Assembly (NCBI GenBank): GCA_000708835.1
Contig: DF236959.1
Coordinates: 40,938 to 104,937, forward strand
Direction: 5' to 3'
Source: Klebsormidium nitens
Lineage: Eukaryota; Plantae; Klebsormidiophyceae
DNA: 64,000 bases
Below the pieces are notes generated by a model. It ran no database searches. It worked only from the letters and a program-made list of their open reading frames with translations, and was not told the DNA's origin. Numbering within the stretch: position 1 is the stretch's first letter; each line of letters opens with the position of its first letter. The translations under genes were made by a program, and so were the position numbers. Positions 21,501-33,100 of this stretch are shown piece by piece.

Positions 21501-23907
21501 TGCTTCACGTTAGGTTCGATACCAATTGACAGGCCCTTAGCAGGCTCTATCACGATCTTGCTCTTGCGCACATACAGGCGCCCAATTCATCGCCCCTCTC
21601 CTGGCAAACCGTGAAAACCGGTTCTGATTTAATCGGTCTAATCTCAGATCCACAAAGGTTCAGAAGGTCCTCTCTCCTTCCGCGAGGCAGGATATACGTG
21701 ACCGTATCTGTGCGCCAGATTCTATCCATCGAATGCTGATGAAAACATCCCTTCCAACTGACTGAGCGCACCAGATTACCCGTGCATGATCGTTCTGTGG
21801 CTGACCTGTGATTGCTTGCTCGCGCGCGCCTCCGCCTTTACCCCGTACAGCGCATCCTGCTTCTCGTGCGTCGCCTTTAGGTCCGCTTCCCTCCTTCCGT
21901 ATTCCTTTTCCACTTCCTTCAGAAGCTGCGTATGCTTCTTGATACACGTGGCGACCGCCCCGGGTCCGGGGGCGCCGCCGCCGAGACACGTGTCAACAAC
22001 TTCGGACACCAGTTCGCGGTACGGACGAAACTCGGGGACGGGCCGCTGGTCCGTCGCGCCACTCTGCTGGAATCAGAAAGGTTTGCTAAACCGTGATGAA
22101 ATGCACAGAGGAGTATGTGGCTTCAAACATTATTGGCCCAATGTACGATCTGAGCCAAGACGTAGGTTTGCGCTTCCTTGGTTCTGGATTCGCGTATCAA
22201 GAGGTTTCCGGTCTTGAAAGTTTGATTCCAGGTTGGGTCAAGAATTCATTTGCAGAGGAAGAAGCTAGTGCCTCCGAAGGAGAGCCCAATCACAAACTCT
22301 GAAGCTAGATGAAGTTTGACGGCCATTGTTCCAAAAAGCTTTGCTAGCAAACCATTCCGAAGCCCGAGAGAAACACAAGCGAATCAAAAGTCCCCTTGCA
22401 ATCTAGATCGGAAGGATGTTCCAGCCGCTTCGAGCCGTTTCCGCGCGACGATGCCCTCTTAACACCTGACAATCGAGGCGCAAATCGGGCCGGCGCACTT
22501 TTGCAGTCGTCTTACACTTACTGTCCCGACCGCAGGCGCGCTCTCGAAGAACACTTCCGAGGACGCCAGGATCTCCCGGCTCACGGCCGCAACCCAGTCC
22601 ATGGCACCGGTGGGCGAATCCCCGGGCTCTTGAATTATCGTGTCAACTTCCGCCAAGTCGTTCAGCGGGTCTTCGTCTTCTTCTCCAATGAGTGCTTCAC
22701 CGCCCCGGTTCAGTTCCCCGAGCAAACTCACGAAGTGCCCCGATTGGTGCTTCTCCTCAGAGGACCGTCTCTTCTGTGCGCGCGTGAACGGGCGCGAACT
22801 TTGAACCGTTTCTATCGGCGACTCCCCTGTTTGACCCTTGCTGCCGCGCACCTGACAAAGAGAAAGAACTCGATCGCTTTAAATTGCACAAAACCTCAGC
22901 GAAGCACCACAGGACGGGGGGGCTCTCTTTGGAGGTCTTATGGTAGCTATGAGAGTGGAGCTGGTTTATTTTAGTCGTATATTAAAGCTTAGTTTTCCGG
23001 AGCTTATTTACTTCTCAAAAGTCGACCGTCTTGCGCACCTGCAGCTTTGGCGGGCGGGTTGACGTCGTCTCCAGCCACGTGGCAGCCACCCGGGCGCCGC
23101 CCTTTCGCCCGGGGTCCCGCAAACCGGGCACGTATGAACCGCCCGGAGAGGGCCCGTCTCGATCCCCCAGAAGGTGCTGCGAAACGCTGAACCCGAACGG
23201 CAGCTTTGGGCTCTCGGGGGAATGCGCCCGAATAGTCCGGCCCAGGGGATCCCTTTCGCGAGGACTCCGGCCCGGGGGATCCTGCTCCCGGTCCTCCCAC
23301 TGCCGGCGTCCGGGAGGCTCCACGTTCGGTGGAGATACGGGCCCTAGTCGGTTGTGCGCGTCCCACCGAAACGGGTCTTCGTGCGAGAACAACCCGAGCG
23401 GCGTAAGGGGCTCTGTTGGCCCGGATTCGGTGACCGCGTGTGGAGCAAATCCAAAGGGATCCCCTTCATCGAACGAGAAGCTCTCCCCGTGACCCGCCCA
23501 CGACTCCTCGTCGAGTGACGCCTCCACCCCCTCTCCCCCCGCTAAATGTTTTGTGCTCGCTAACCCGGGTGCAACCCGCCCACGTGCTTCTCTAACCCCA
23601 GGTTCGTCTCTTCGGTTTAGTCCCAGCCCGGGGGATCCCCCGACGTTTTCTAACCCTCCTACATACCCACTCTCATTAGCCCGGAGCTTTTTCCCGGCCG
23701 GAAAAAGGGAGCCGGTAGGGCCGATGTCATCGACATCGAAACGTTCAAGCTCGACGCCTGGGAATGTTTGCAGCTGCGCGACTTTGTCAGGCCAGAGAGC
23801 CTTGATGACGTAAGCCTCAAAGGAGGTAGGATCTTTATTCGCCACTTCCTGAAGCTCTTGTTGAAGTGCGCCGACTGTTGGTGACCGCGGATGCACGTAG
23901 AGCGCCG
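18585..23907 (-). CDS. BELL-like (BLH) TALE homeodomain transcription factor; 5' end unresolved
   Basis: Spliced homeodomain from exons ending 20587, 20011-20071 and 19420-19467: GELPQAAADGLMAWFAERWLERGAVEAPKANKQERCQLARRFEVTERQVGNWLVNARARVWKPM. The WxxNAR+VWKPM ending is BELL-typical. The exon at about 21800-22066 has SKY-like (YRELVSEVVDT) and BELL-like (KKHTQLLKEVEKEYGRR) helices. Phase-consistent junctions link the ORF blocks 23015-23923, 22459-22851 and 21776-22066. The last exon ends KGKRRK-stop at 18585. Confidence 0.75.
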
Positions 23908-24310
23908 CTGTAGGGAAGTACAAATATCAATGGTTGACGTGGGATAAAATAACATGATGAAAGGCGAGTTGCACAGAATGACTGAGCAGCAGAGTAGTTG
24001 GGAACCACTTTGGCAAATGTTAGATGTATCATGGACGCCGATGTAACCCTCTGCCTTGACTACGGGCAGAACGAGGGGCATGCCCCTGTGACCATACTAT
24101 GATTCTTGTATTTCATTCGAAGGTTTCAAGAATAACTTTGTCTGACTCCTTCGCGCCACCACGAAGAGAAACAAAAGTTGGACAGCGGATAAATATTCGC
24201 CACTTTTGCAGTCCTCAGCAAACTCGTTCTTTTCAACCCGAAATATGCGACTTCCGAAAGTAGCTGGTGCCCTTTCAGTGAGCAGCTACAAACTCACATT
24301 CAGCACCGGC

Positions 24311-26480
24311 TTACGTACCTCGTCTGGGCGCTTTTAGTTTTCCTCGCATGGCATTCGGAGACATCGCCACGTGGAAGCGTCCTGGGAGAGGCCTCAACTC
24401 CTCTTTCCTGATCGCATCACCGGCCCGCTTTCGCTTCAACGCTTTGACGGCCTTTTTGTCTCTTCCCAGCTCATAAATCGGCCCTGGGGGGGTGATGTTT
24501 ACCAAACCGGGCCAGCGTCCGTGCTGTGCAAACTCTGCCCCATTACCCCCTGCTTCGCTCTCGCTAACCGGCCCTTTCCCCACCAAACCCTGCTGTTCTG
24601 CCGCTCCGGCAAACCCTTTCGCCGGATTTTGCCTGGTTTCGGTTTCGGGTTTGTCCCAGTAACCCCGCAAAGGCCCGCTCGTGGTTCGTACCGCGAAGGA
24701 CTGCTTCGAGCGTTGGTGCCGAGATATGAGGAGCACGCCGTCGGAGAACGCGCGGGAGCGGTCGTTGACGGGGAGCACGGAGAGCGCGCGCGCGCGCGCG
24801 GGCGGGTCGGAGGCGCACCGGATGCGGAGCGGCACGGCTGCGGAGCGCCATCGCTCGTCTGTAAAGGGGTGTATTTCGTGCATTAGAAAGTCGAGACTTC
24901 CCGAGCTTGTCAAGACCAGGCGCGTGAAACCCAGCTTTCTTCTTGGTGTTTATAATCCGACCAGTACCTTAACCGTCTCTTTGCAGCGGCATAACCGCAG
25001 AGCGCCGTCGCTCGTTGAAAAGGGGTCCGTTGAGAAAGGAAAAGCCTCGAATTGAAGCTTGTTTAAAGCAGGCACTTGAAAAATTGACAAGCGGCCTTTA
25101 TCCAATTAACCAAATTAGAACAGAAACAAATGCGCGCAACCTTGTTTGAGAATTCACAATTGTTAGAAGATCTCGTTTATTTGAAAGTTCTCAAGAATAA
25201 TGCTGGAGTAAGAATTTGTATAAAGCTGAAAGCACCGAACGGACAGACTGAATCGTGCAGCTAATCGAAGGCGTTTGCTCTTGATGAAACGTTCATCTGC
25301 TGAAATAACAGCAAGGATTCTCAACCAACCCCACATCAATCAGACCTTCTGGGAAAAAGAGGTGAATTGATACCGCATCGCTGAACGGCTTGAGAGTGAG
25401 CGATTCGTTTCCCGCTTACCAACGATGATAAGGTCTCCCGTCTCAGAGCGGGGGCGCGCAAAGTCACTAATCATCCAGTAGGAGGTCTGCACGGGCACAG
25501 CCCCCACCGTGCTGCCACGTGGCATCTGCCCCAGGTCTTCCATCTTGTCACGTCGTGACACTTGCTTTCGTTACTACGAACGAGACTCTATCCACTTCAG
25601 TTCGTGCTTGAGGCCCAACTTCCGTTTGTATGAAACATTCATAGTCTCTCCTGACATGTCTTCAAGGCTAGCGTCTAGCAGATACGCGGAGCCCACTTTT
25701 TCTGCAAACCCTGGCCCTTGAAATCCATGCAGGCTTTCGAACGACAATGTCTGTTTTATCCAAAAACTTGTCTCCTTGGTGGGAACGTCCACAAAGTGGC
25801 CGGCCGCAACTACGAATTCGATCAGAACAAAGGACAATATCTTCTGCAGAAGTAAGCTGTTCTGGGAAGGTTTGGATCGTTCTTTTGTTTCCAAAAGATA
25901 TGAAAGCTGCCTCGTGTAGGCCCTGGCACTACTGCATGCAATTGTTCGAGATTTCTCGATTGCCACGTTACAGTATTACATCGTGAATCTCTAATGAGTC
26001 AGCAAATCTTTTGGCCGTTCCAACGGAAATCAGCTTGATCAAACTGCATTTGTGTGTTTGATGCACGACTGGCTGACCTGGCTGACGTTGAAAGCAATCC
26101 TGGTGACTCGCAAATTAAAAAGAAAGAATCAATAGTTTTGGGACCACTTCACTTGATCAGGTCATTCAACTTGATTGCTTGGAGCCTGGATTTGATTTAA
26201 AACTGTTCTGCGGAGCAAAGAGACTGTGAATTGGTGACTGCCTTTCTTGTTGAATTCATGGCCCCTGGTTTCTCACTGGCAGCACCCTCCTTGTAAATCA
26301 ACTCTGAGACTTACACATGTGAAAATCATGCACACCGGTGTTTCGGCTGAAGGCAACTTTTGAACTTCCGGGCATCGGAGCCGTCGATGCTCCATTTTAT
26401 CGACGGGCGAGACTCGTCGTCCCAGTTCGAGAACGTCGGCGTGCATGATCCAAAACTCGGACTCCGCGCACATTTAGGTT
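24311..26480 (-). CDS. Uncharacterised exons upstream of the BELL gene (same gene or a separate one)
   Basis: GC-rich open blocks with splice sites. The exon at about 25420-25560 (MEDLGQ...GDLIIV) joins in phase to about 24870 (DERWRSAAVPLRIRC...). I could not join these to the 23907 exon in a consistent phase. Confidence 0.4.
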
Positions 26481-27175
26481 CTTTGCCAGCAGACTTTAAT
26501 TACAGCAAATGGGGCCCGGGATCAGCAGAATGGTGCTGGTCCTCTCACCGAATCTTTCTGCAAGGACAGGTTCTTCTGTTCATAGCAAGCCATCAATGGG
26601 TGCTCCTTTGGAGGCCTCAGCTGACGCATTGGCGGGCAGTGTATTTGTATGCGAAAAGTAGAGAGAAGTCTAGAGGGGTGCTTCTTCAGAGCACTGAAGC
26701 CGTTGAACGTCGCCGCAAAGCCTCAGGTTGCAATATAGTTACCAATGCAAGGGCGTTTGCTGCCGGCCAGGTTTCCGTATTTTTTGCGGACTGATGTGTA
26801 GGTGCCAATGGAAAGGTTTGAGTCATTCAGACAGTCACCCAAATTGCGAATGAGGCACTGAGATCTGATCTTGAGCATGCTGGCCTCATTCTTAGGTGCA
26901 AGCATAAAGGGGTAACTTCAACAATCATCACACAGCAGCACTGCATTTAGCCAAGCCTCTGAAGTGCTATTCAACGCCCTTCCTTAGCTGCTGAAACATC
27001 GGTTAAAGCCCAATGCAGACCCATGCTGATAGTAGAAGCTAGCTACTGCGTGGCTGACGAGAAGGCCGACAGAGAGATGCCTCATACTTGGAGCTGGCAT
27101 TAACAAAGTGCCATAGGTACCTGCTTTTAATGACGTCACATAGCTCAATGCTTTTCTAACAAGCTAGTGGGAGCA

Positions 27176-30100
27176 ATGGCGAGCGGACTTGGTTGCATGT
27201 CAATAAAGGCGCTCGGCCCCAACCACAAGAAAGTGGAGGCTGAGGTGCGCGTTATTCATTGCAACGACGCCGACACAAACGCCGCCGTCAGGTTTGCCAA
27301 CAACAACATTAGCACGACGAAGTACAGCCTGATTACCTTCTTTCCAAAGGCGCTCTACGAGCAGTTCCGCAGGGTGGCCAATTTGTACTTCACATTTGTG
27401 GCGTGCCTTTCCCTGACGCCTTTGACACCGATCTCTCCCATCACCACCATCACGCCCCTGTGTGCGGTGATCGGTGTCAGTATTGCCAAGGAAGCATGGG
27501 AGGACTATAAGCGGGCAAAGGAAGATAAGCAGGTGAATAACCGGCTGGTGGATGTGTATGCGGGGGACGGCAAGCTGGAGAGCAGGCCATGGAAGGCCGT
27601 CAGAGTGGGGTGAGCTCTGCTTTACCATTCGCTTACACTGACACCACCAAAAATGCTAGTGCTTCCTTGGATAACACTTGTGTTCGCACTAGAAGAGCAA
27701 GCACCATCGGCAAGAACCACAATAAGGAGCACTGAGAGCGAACCACTTGAAGCGCTAACAATTCTCCGTCCAGTTTCGTGATTGTAATTGGCCTTGGCTC
27801 AATAAGAATCTTGCCTACTTTTTCATTTTCATCTAGTTGCTCCGGAAGGCTTGAATAATCACAAGCACTCTTTTTCTGTTGGTTCAGTGACATCCTTTCT
27901 AGCTTATCAGGACTACATCGGAAAAACAACTAGTAGTGGAGAAACTGTGTCCATCAACTGAGGTGCTTTGCACGGCAAACGGGTTTCGCTACTGCTTGAC
28001 AGGCAGACACAGTTATTTTGCAATATTGACCGATTGCGGACCCCCGTCAGCGACTTAATGCTGGTATGATCTGAGGATTCCCTGTGCAAACTATGCTATA
28101 CTTTGCACCTCTCCGTCCACTTTTTTATCTTTGCAGGATCCCTCGACGGGCAGCACTGAGTGACGCTCCGAACCACCACCAGTCGGAAGTAAAGACTCTG
28201 CATCGGAGACCTTTGGAGCACTTGCACATATGAACATGTCAGAGCGTGTGTGTCTTTTCACTCCAGGGATATTGTGAGGGTAAAGAAGAACAACTTCTTC
28301 CCTGCCGACCTGGTGTTCTTGTCGAGCAGCAACGCCGAAGGCTCCTGCTACGTAGAAACCATGAACTTGGACGGCGAGACAAATCTGAAGAACAAGAAGT
28401 GCTTGGAAAAGACGCAGGTATGTCTACAATTCTTGCTGGTCTGGCCCTGAGTCCATCCGCTTTCGAAATCTTCCCGGTGCTCATTACAAAAGACGCTTGC
28501 CAATATTCTCGTAAGCATCAGCTTATCTAGTAAGCAATCTTTCTCACCACCTTCGGCCCCTGATGAATCTGTCTGTCCTCTGAATCACCACTCTGGAAGT
28601 GTTTAAGAAGCAGGTCAAAACGCACCAAAACGGCCAACGATCCTGTCCGCATCCACCTTTCTGTATGTTATCAGGAGAATATTGGCATGACGATTGGTCT
28701 TCCTCTGTCGATAACACGATTTATCAAAGACTATTTTGCACGCATGATCCCTCCCCTAACCCGTCACCCCTGACCATTTTCAGGAACTCAAGCGCAAGAC
28801 GCTGGACCAGCTCAAGGGCCGGCTCTCGTGCGAGCAGCCAAACACGTCACTCTACACTTTCGTCGGAAACCTAGACTGGCCGGGGGCCTCCCCCGAGCCA
28901 ATCCCCCTGGGGCCCTCTCAACTCCTTCTGCGGGGCTCCAGCCTGCGCAACACAGACTACATCTACGGCCTGGTCATATTCACCGGGCACGACTCCAAAA
29001 TCATGATGAACCAAACCGACCCCCCCTCCAAGCGCAGCAGAATCGAGCAGCAACTAGACTATATCATCTACTTCATGTTCTTTTTGTTGGTGCTGATGAG
29101 CACGATTTCGGCGGTCGCTTTCGGGGCGTGGATGGGGAAAGAAGGGGCGAAGATGTGGTATTTGGACCCGGGGGATACTACCGAGTACTTCGACCCGACG
29201 AAGAGCGTGACCGGGGGGTTCCTCCAGTTCCTTACGAGCATTGTCCTCTACGGTAAGTCGTGTCCTAACCAGATAATCATGTCCAAAAGGAAGCCCCGTT
29301 TCGTACTCCGAGCTCCTGTTTCTTGAAGAAGGCAAACGTCGTTTTCAGACGTGCTTCGTTTCTGGAGGGAGGTGATCGAAGGAAGTTTCCGGCTCACAAG
29401 TTCGAGCACCGGAGCCTGTTAAGGAACCCTTCCAGCCACCTGCTTAGCCGGAAAGTGGAAGTATGTGCCAGCAGGCTTTTCCTTGTGGTTTCTGCCAGTA
29501 CTTTTTTTGAGCGCAGGTTTGGCACCCGCGCGCAACACGTGATTCTTCCCAGCAACTTGCGAAATTCGAAACGTCCAACTGACCTTCCGCAGGCTAATTC
29601 CTGCTCTGGATTTCTCCTGTGTGCCTTGCGAGCCAACACATTCAGCACTTCTGCTAAGTATGCGACTCTTACTACTCTTCCAGGCAAAGTGCTGAACTTG
29701 AAACGTGCAAGTGACTTGCCGCAGGTTTCTTCATCCCCATCTCGCTGTACGTGTCTATCGAGGTGGTCAAGGCGTTCCAAGCGTTCTTCATCAGCTGCGA
29801 CGCGCACATGTACTACGAAGAAACCGACAAGCACTGCGTGCCGCGGACGTCTAACCTCAACGAGGAGCTGGGCCAGGTTGTGAATCGGCCTTTTGCAAAG
29901 GAGAACACATCTTCCGCAAGAAGAGCAAGGGACAGCATGTGCCTTCTACTGTTGAATATCAGCAAAGGCAATCAGAGATTAATTCGCATTGCAAGGAATC
30001 TCAAAGGAGGAGCGCGACAGGTCGTGCAAACCCCCCTGTCTGAACTCGTTATTCGTTTCCGGTGCGCACACCTCTTCCCGTCTCCGCTTCACGTGCTGAC

Positions 30101-33100
30101 GGAATCCGTTTCCGCCTCAGGTTCACACGATCCTCTCCGACAAGACCGGCACGCTGACGCGCAACCAGATGGACTTCTTCAAGTGCAGCATCGCGGGGAT
30201 AAGCTATGGGACGGGCGTAACGGAGATCGAGCGGGCCACCGCAAAGCGGCTCGGTAAAGATCTCGGGGCGGGGGCCACGGAAGCCGGGGGTTTATCCCCC
30301 TGGCACGAAAAGGGGTTCAATCTGAACGATTCACGGTTGATGGGGGGGGCGTGGGTGAAGGAGGCGCGGTGTGACGTCATCAGGCGGTTCTTCCAGGTGC
30401 GTGAGACATCGTCAATGCCGTCATCGTACTCAGGTGATTAGGATGAGGCTTCCTTTAGTGGGGATTTATACAAAAGCTTCTCAAGAGCAAGCAACGAAGC
30501 AGCTAAAAAAACGCGCATCTATGGTTTGGCGTGGCTGACATAAGCTCAAGAAGCGCGTCATTGATACAAGCTGGTATGCTGAAAGTTCCTTAAGTAATCC
30601 TAACGCTCTGTAGATTCTGGCGGTGTGCCATACCGCCATTCCGGAGGGCGATCCGACGCCGGAAGCGATCCGGTACCAGGCGGAATCCCCGGACGAGGCC
30701 GCGTTCGTGGTGGCGGCGAAGAAGTTCGGCTTCTTCTTCTACAAGCGTTCCGCGGAGTCGATCTGGGTGAAGGAGGACCACGGAAACGGAACGGTCGCCG
30801 ACTGCAGATACGACGTCCTGAATGTGCTCGAGTTCAACAGTACCAGGTGAGCCTTCGTCCAAGGTTTTCCGGTATTTTCAAACAATGAGACATTCATATT
30901 TGCAGCTTGGGAAGCTATCAACGAGGGTACCTATGAATCAGACGTACTCCTCCTTCGTGCGTGACAGAGTTGCTCCTCGGCCTTGCTCAAGTAAAGCGCA
31001 CTTTGGAGCACTCTAAAGATATTGGTGACTAGAAGATGATGCGTTGACATTGAGTACTTCGAAGTTCGTACGTGTGTCAGCAGTCTATTCGACAACTGAA
31101 ATGGTGCGCCGCATCTTCGTAAACTTCTGCGACCGGCAATAAAACCTAAAACCCAGAGGCTTTAGGAGGACGTTGGCCGGACCGCAATCCGCCAGATTCT
31201 TTGTAAGTAAACCCTGGAACTCCAATGCAGATGGCATTTAGAAACAGGGCAGATACCCGTGCAACCTGTGAACCGTCGACCTGACCTAAGTGTGCCCTCA
31301 AGCGTCCAGATTCTGAAGCGGTTTGCATACACCTGTCCGCAGGAAGCGCATGTCCGTCGTGGTCCGCAGCTCTAGCGGCCAGCTGCTCCTCTTCTGTAAG
31401 GGCGCCGACTCCGTCATCTACGAGCGGCTCAGCGCGACCGGCAACGAGTTTCGCGGCGTAAGTTTGTTGCCGTTCCGTTCCGCCCAGTCCTTGAAGACGG
31501 CGGAAGCACCTTTTAGAATTGGTTGGCTGGCGCATTGCAGTGAGCTCTTAGAGGACATTCAGCCGCGATAAACTGAAGTATATGGCGTTATCAAATACCA
31601 CGTGGTCTTGCTCTGGCGACTGCCTTCGATTCTTTTGCGCGTTACCGTCGCACCGCTTCTTCGTGATATCACGCCGTCTTCGATTAGTAATACTCCGCAT
31701 CAGCAATCCTTGTACGCTTTCACAAAGCAGCGAAAAGGGACCAAATGGAGCGTATTTTTCTTATCTGGCATTCTTTGAGACGTTCAACGCTGTATCTGTT
31801 CCAAAGACTGGTCATAGCCCCAAACTCAACCCAAAAGATGACCCCGCAGACTTCCGCCCAGCACATGGCGGAGTACGGCGACGCCGGCCTGCGCACGCTC
31901 TGCCTCGCGTTCGCCGAGCTGGACGAGGGCGTATACGCGGACTGGCAGCGCCGATGGATGGCTGCCAAGACAACGGTCGTCAGCGCCGACGTGCAGGTAA
32001 GAGTTTGAGCATCCGCAAAGAACCTCTTCCCGGTCACAGACTATGTTTTAACCGCCGCTGCAACTTTCATGCACCTACTTTTAGTGGTTCGTTGAATCAG
32101 TTCTCCAATTTTCGAAGCTCAATTTTCGGAAGCGCAGCAAAATCGACCTGGCGGACAGGGAAAATACTGAAGGGAGCTTCGCTGTCGGGAGGGCTCGTCT
32201 CGAGATTCTCTTGCGGGTATTCTCGATTGGAATTTCAAACTTCACCCACCTTCATTGTATCGAGGCATCCTGGAACCCCCACCTCAAAACCCAAAGCGAG
32301 GCATCTGATTGAGACTGATGTTATCTGATTGGGACTGCGGCTAAGGTGTACGTTAAATGCCTTGCTTGCGCTTCCGCTGTGTCAGACGGTTTTACGGGTT
32401 GTCGGGTGAGGGATTTTGAAGGAGTTCCTTAAAGTGGGCGCAGGCCATGCATGGGCACCCCAAGGCCAACTGCGGTGGTGGGGGCCCAGATTGGCTGGAG
32501 TTTCAATCTGGTCCATTGAAAAATGACTCAAATGCACGGAGTGTGCATTCCGGAGCTTTGAAATTGAACGCCCACTTAAGCCCGTCTTCCCCTGCGCGCA
32601 GGCGGCCGCGCTCGAGGCGCTTGCGGAAGAGATAGAGCAGAACCTGGTCCTGAGTGGGTGTACGGCCATAGAGGATAAGCTGCAGGAGGGGGTGCCCGAG
32701 TGTATCGATTCTCTAGCGCGAGCCGGGCTGAAGCTGTGGGTGCTGACGGGGGACAAGCTGGAGACGGCCATCAACATAGGCTATGCGTGCAGTCTGCTGA
32801 GACAGGTGAGGAAGGGGAACGGTATTCAACCCACGATAAGTTCCTGACCGTCGCAAAACGTTGCACTTCAATAGGAATGTAATTGGATGAGGAGAGAGAG
32901 TCCGCTTTCTGGACCTAGCGTCGCTTGTTGAATGCAGTTTTGTAACGCTCGAGATCTGACAATTCTCCAGAATACTTTGATATTGTCAAAAACGACTGAA
33001 TGGTTGGGCATCGCTGATCCAATCTTCCCGACCTCGGCTGGCGGTGTTCTCGCAAATTGACAGGAGCCGCGCTGAAAAGGACCAGTTTACAACACCCTAG

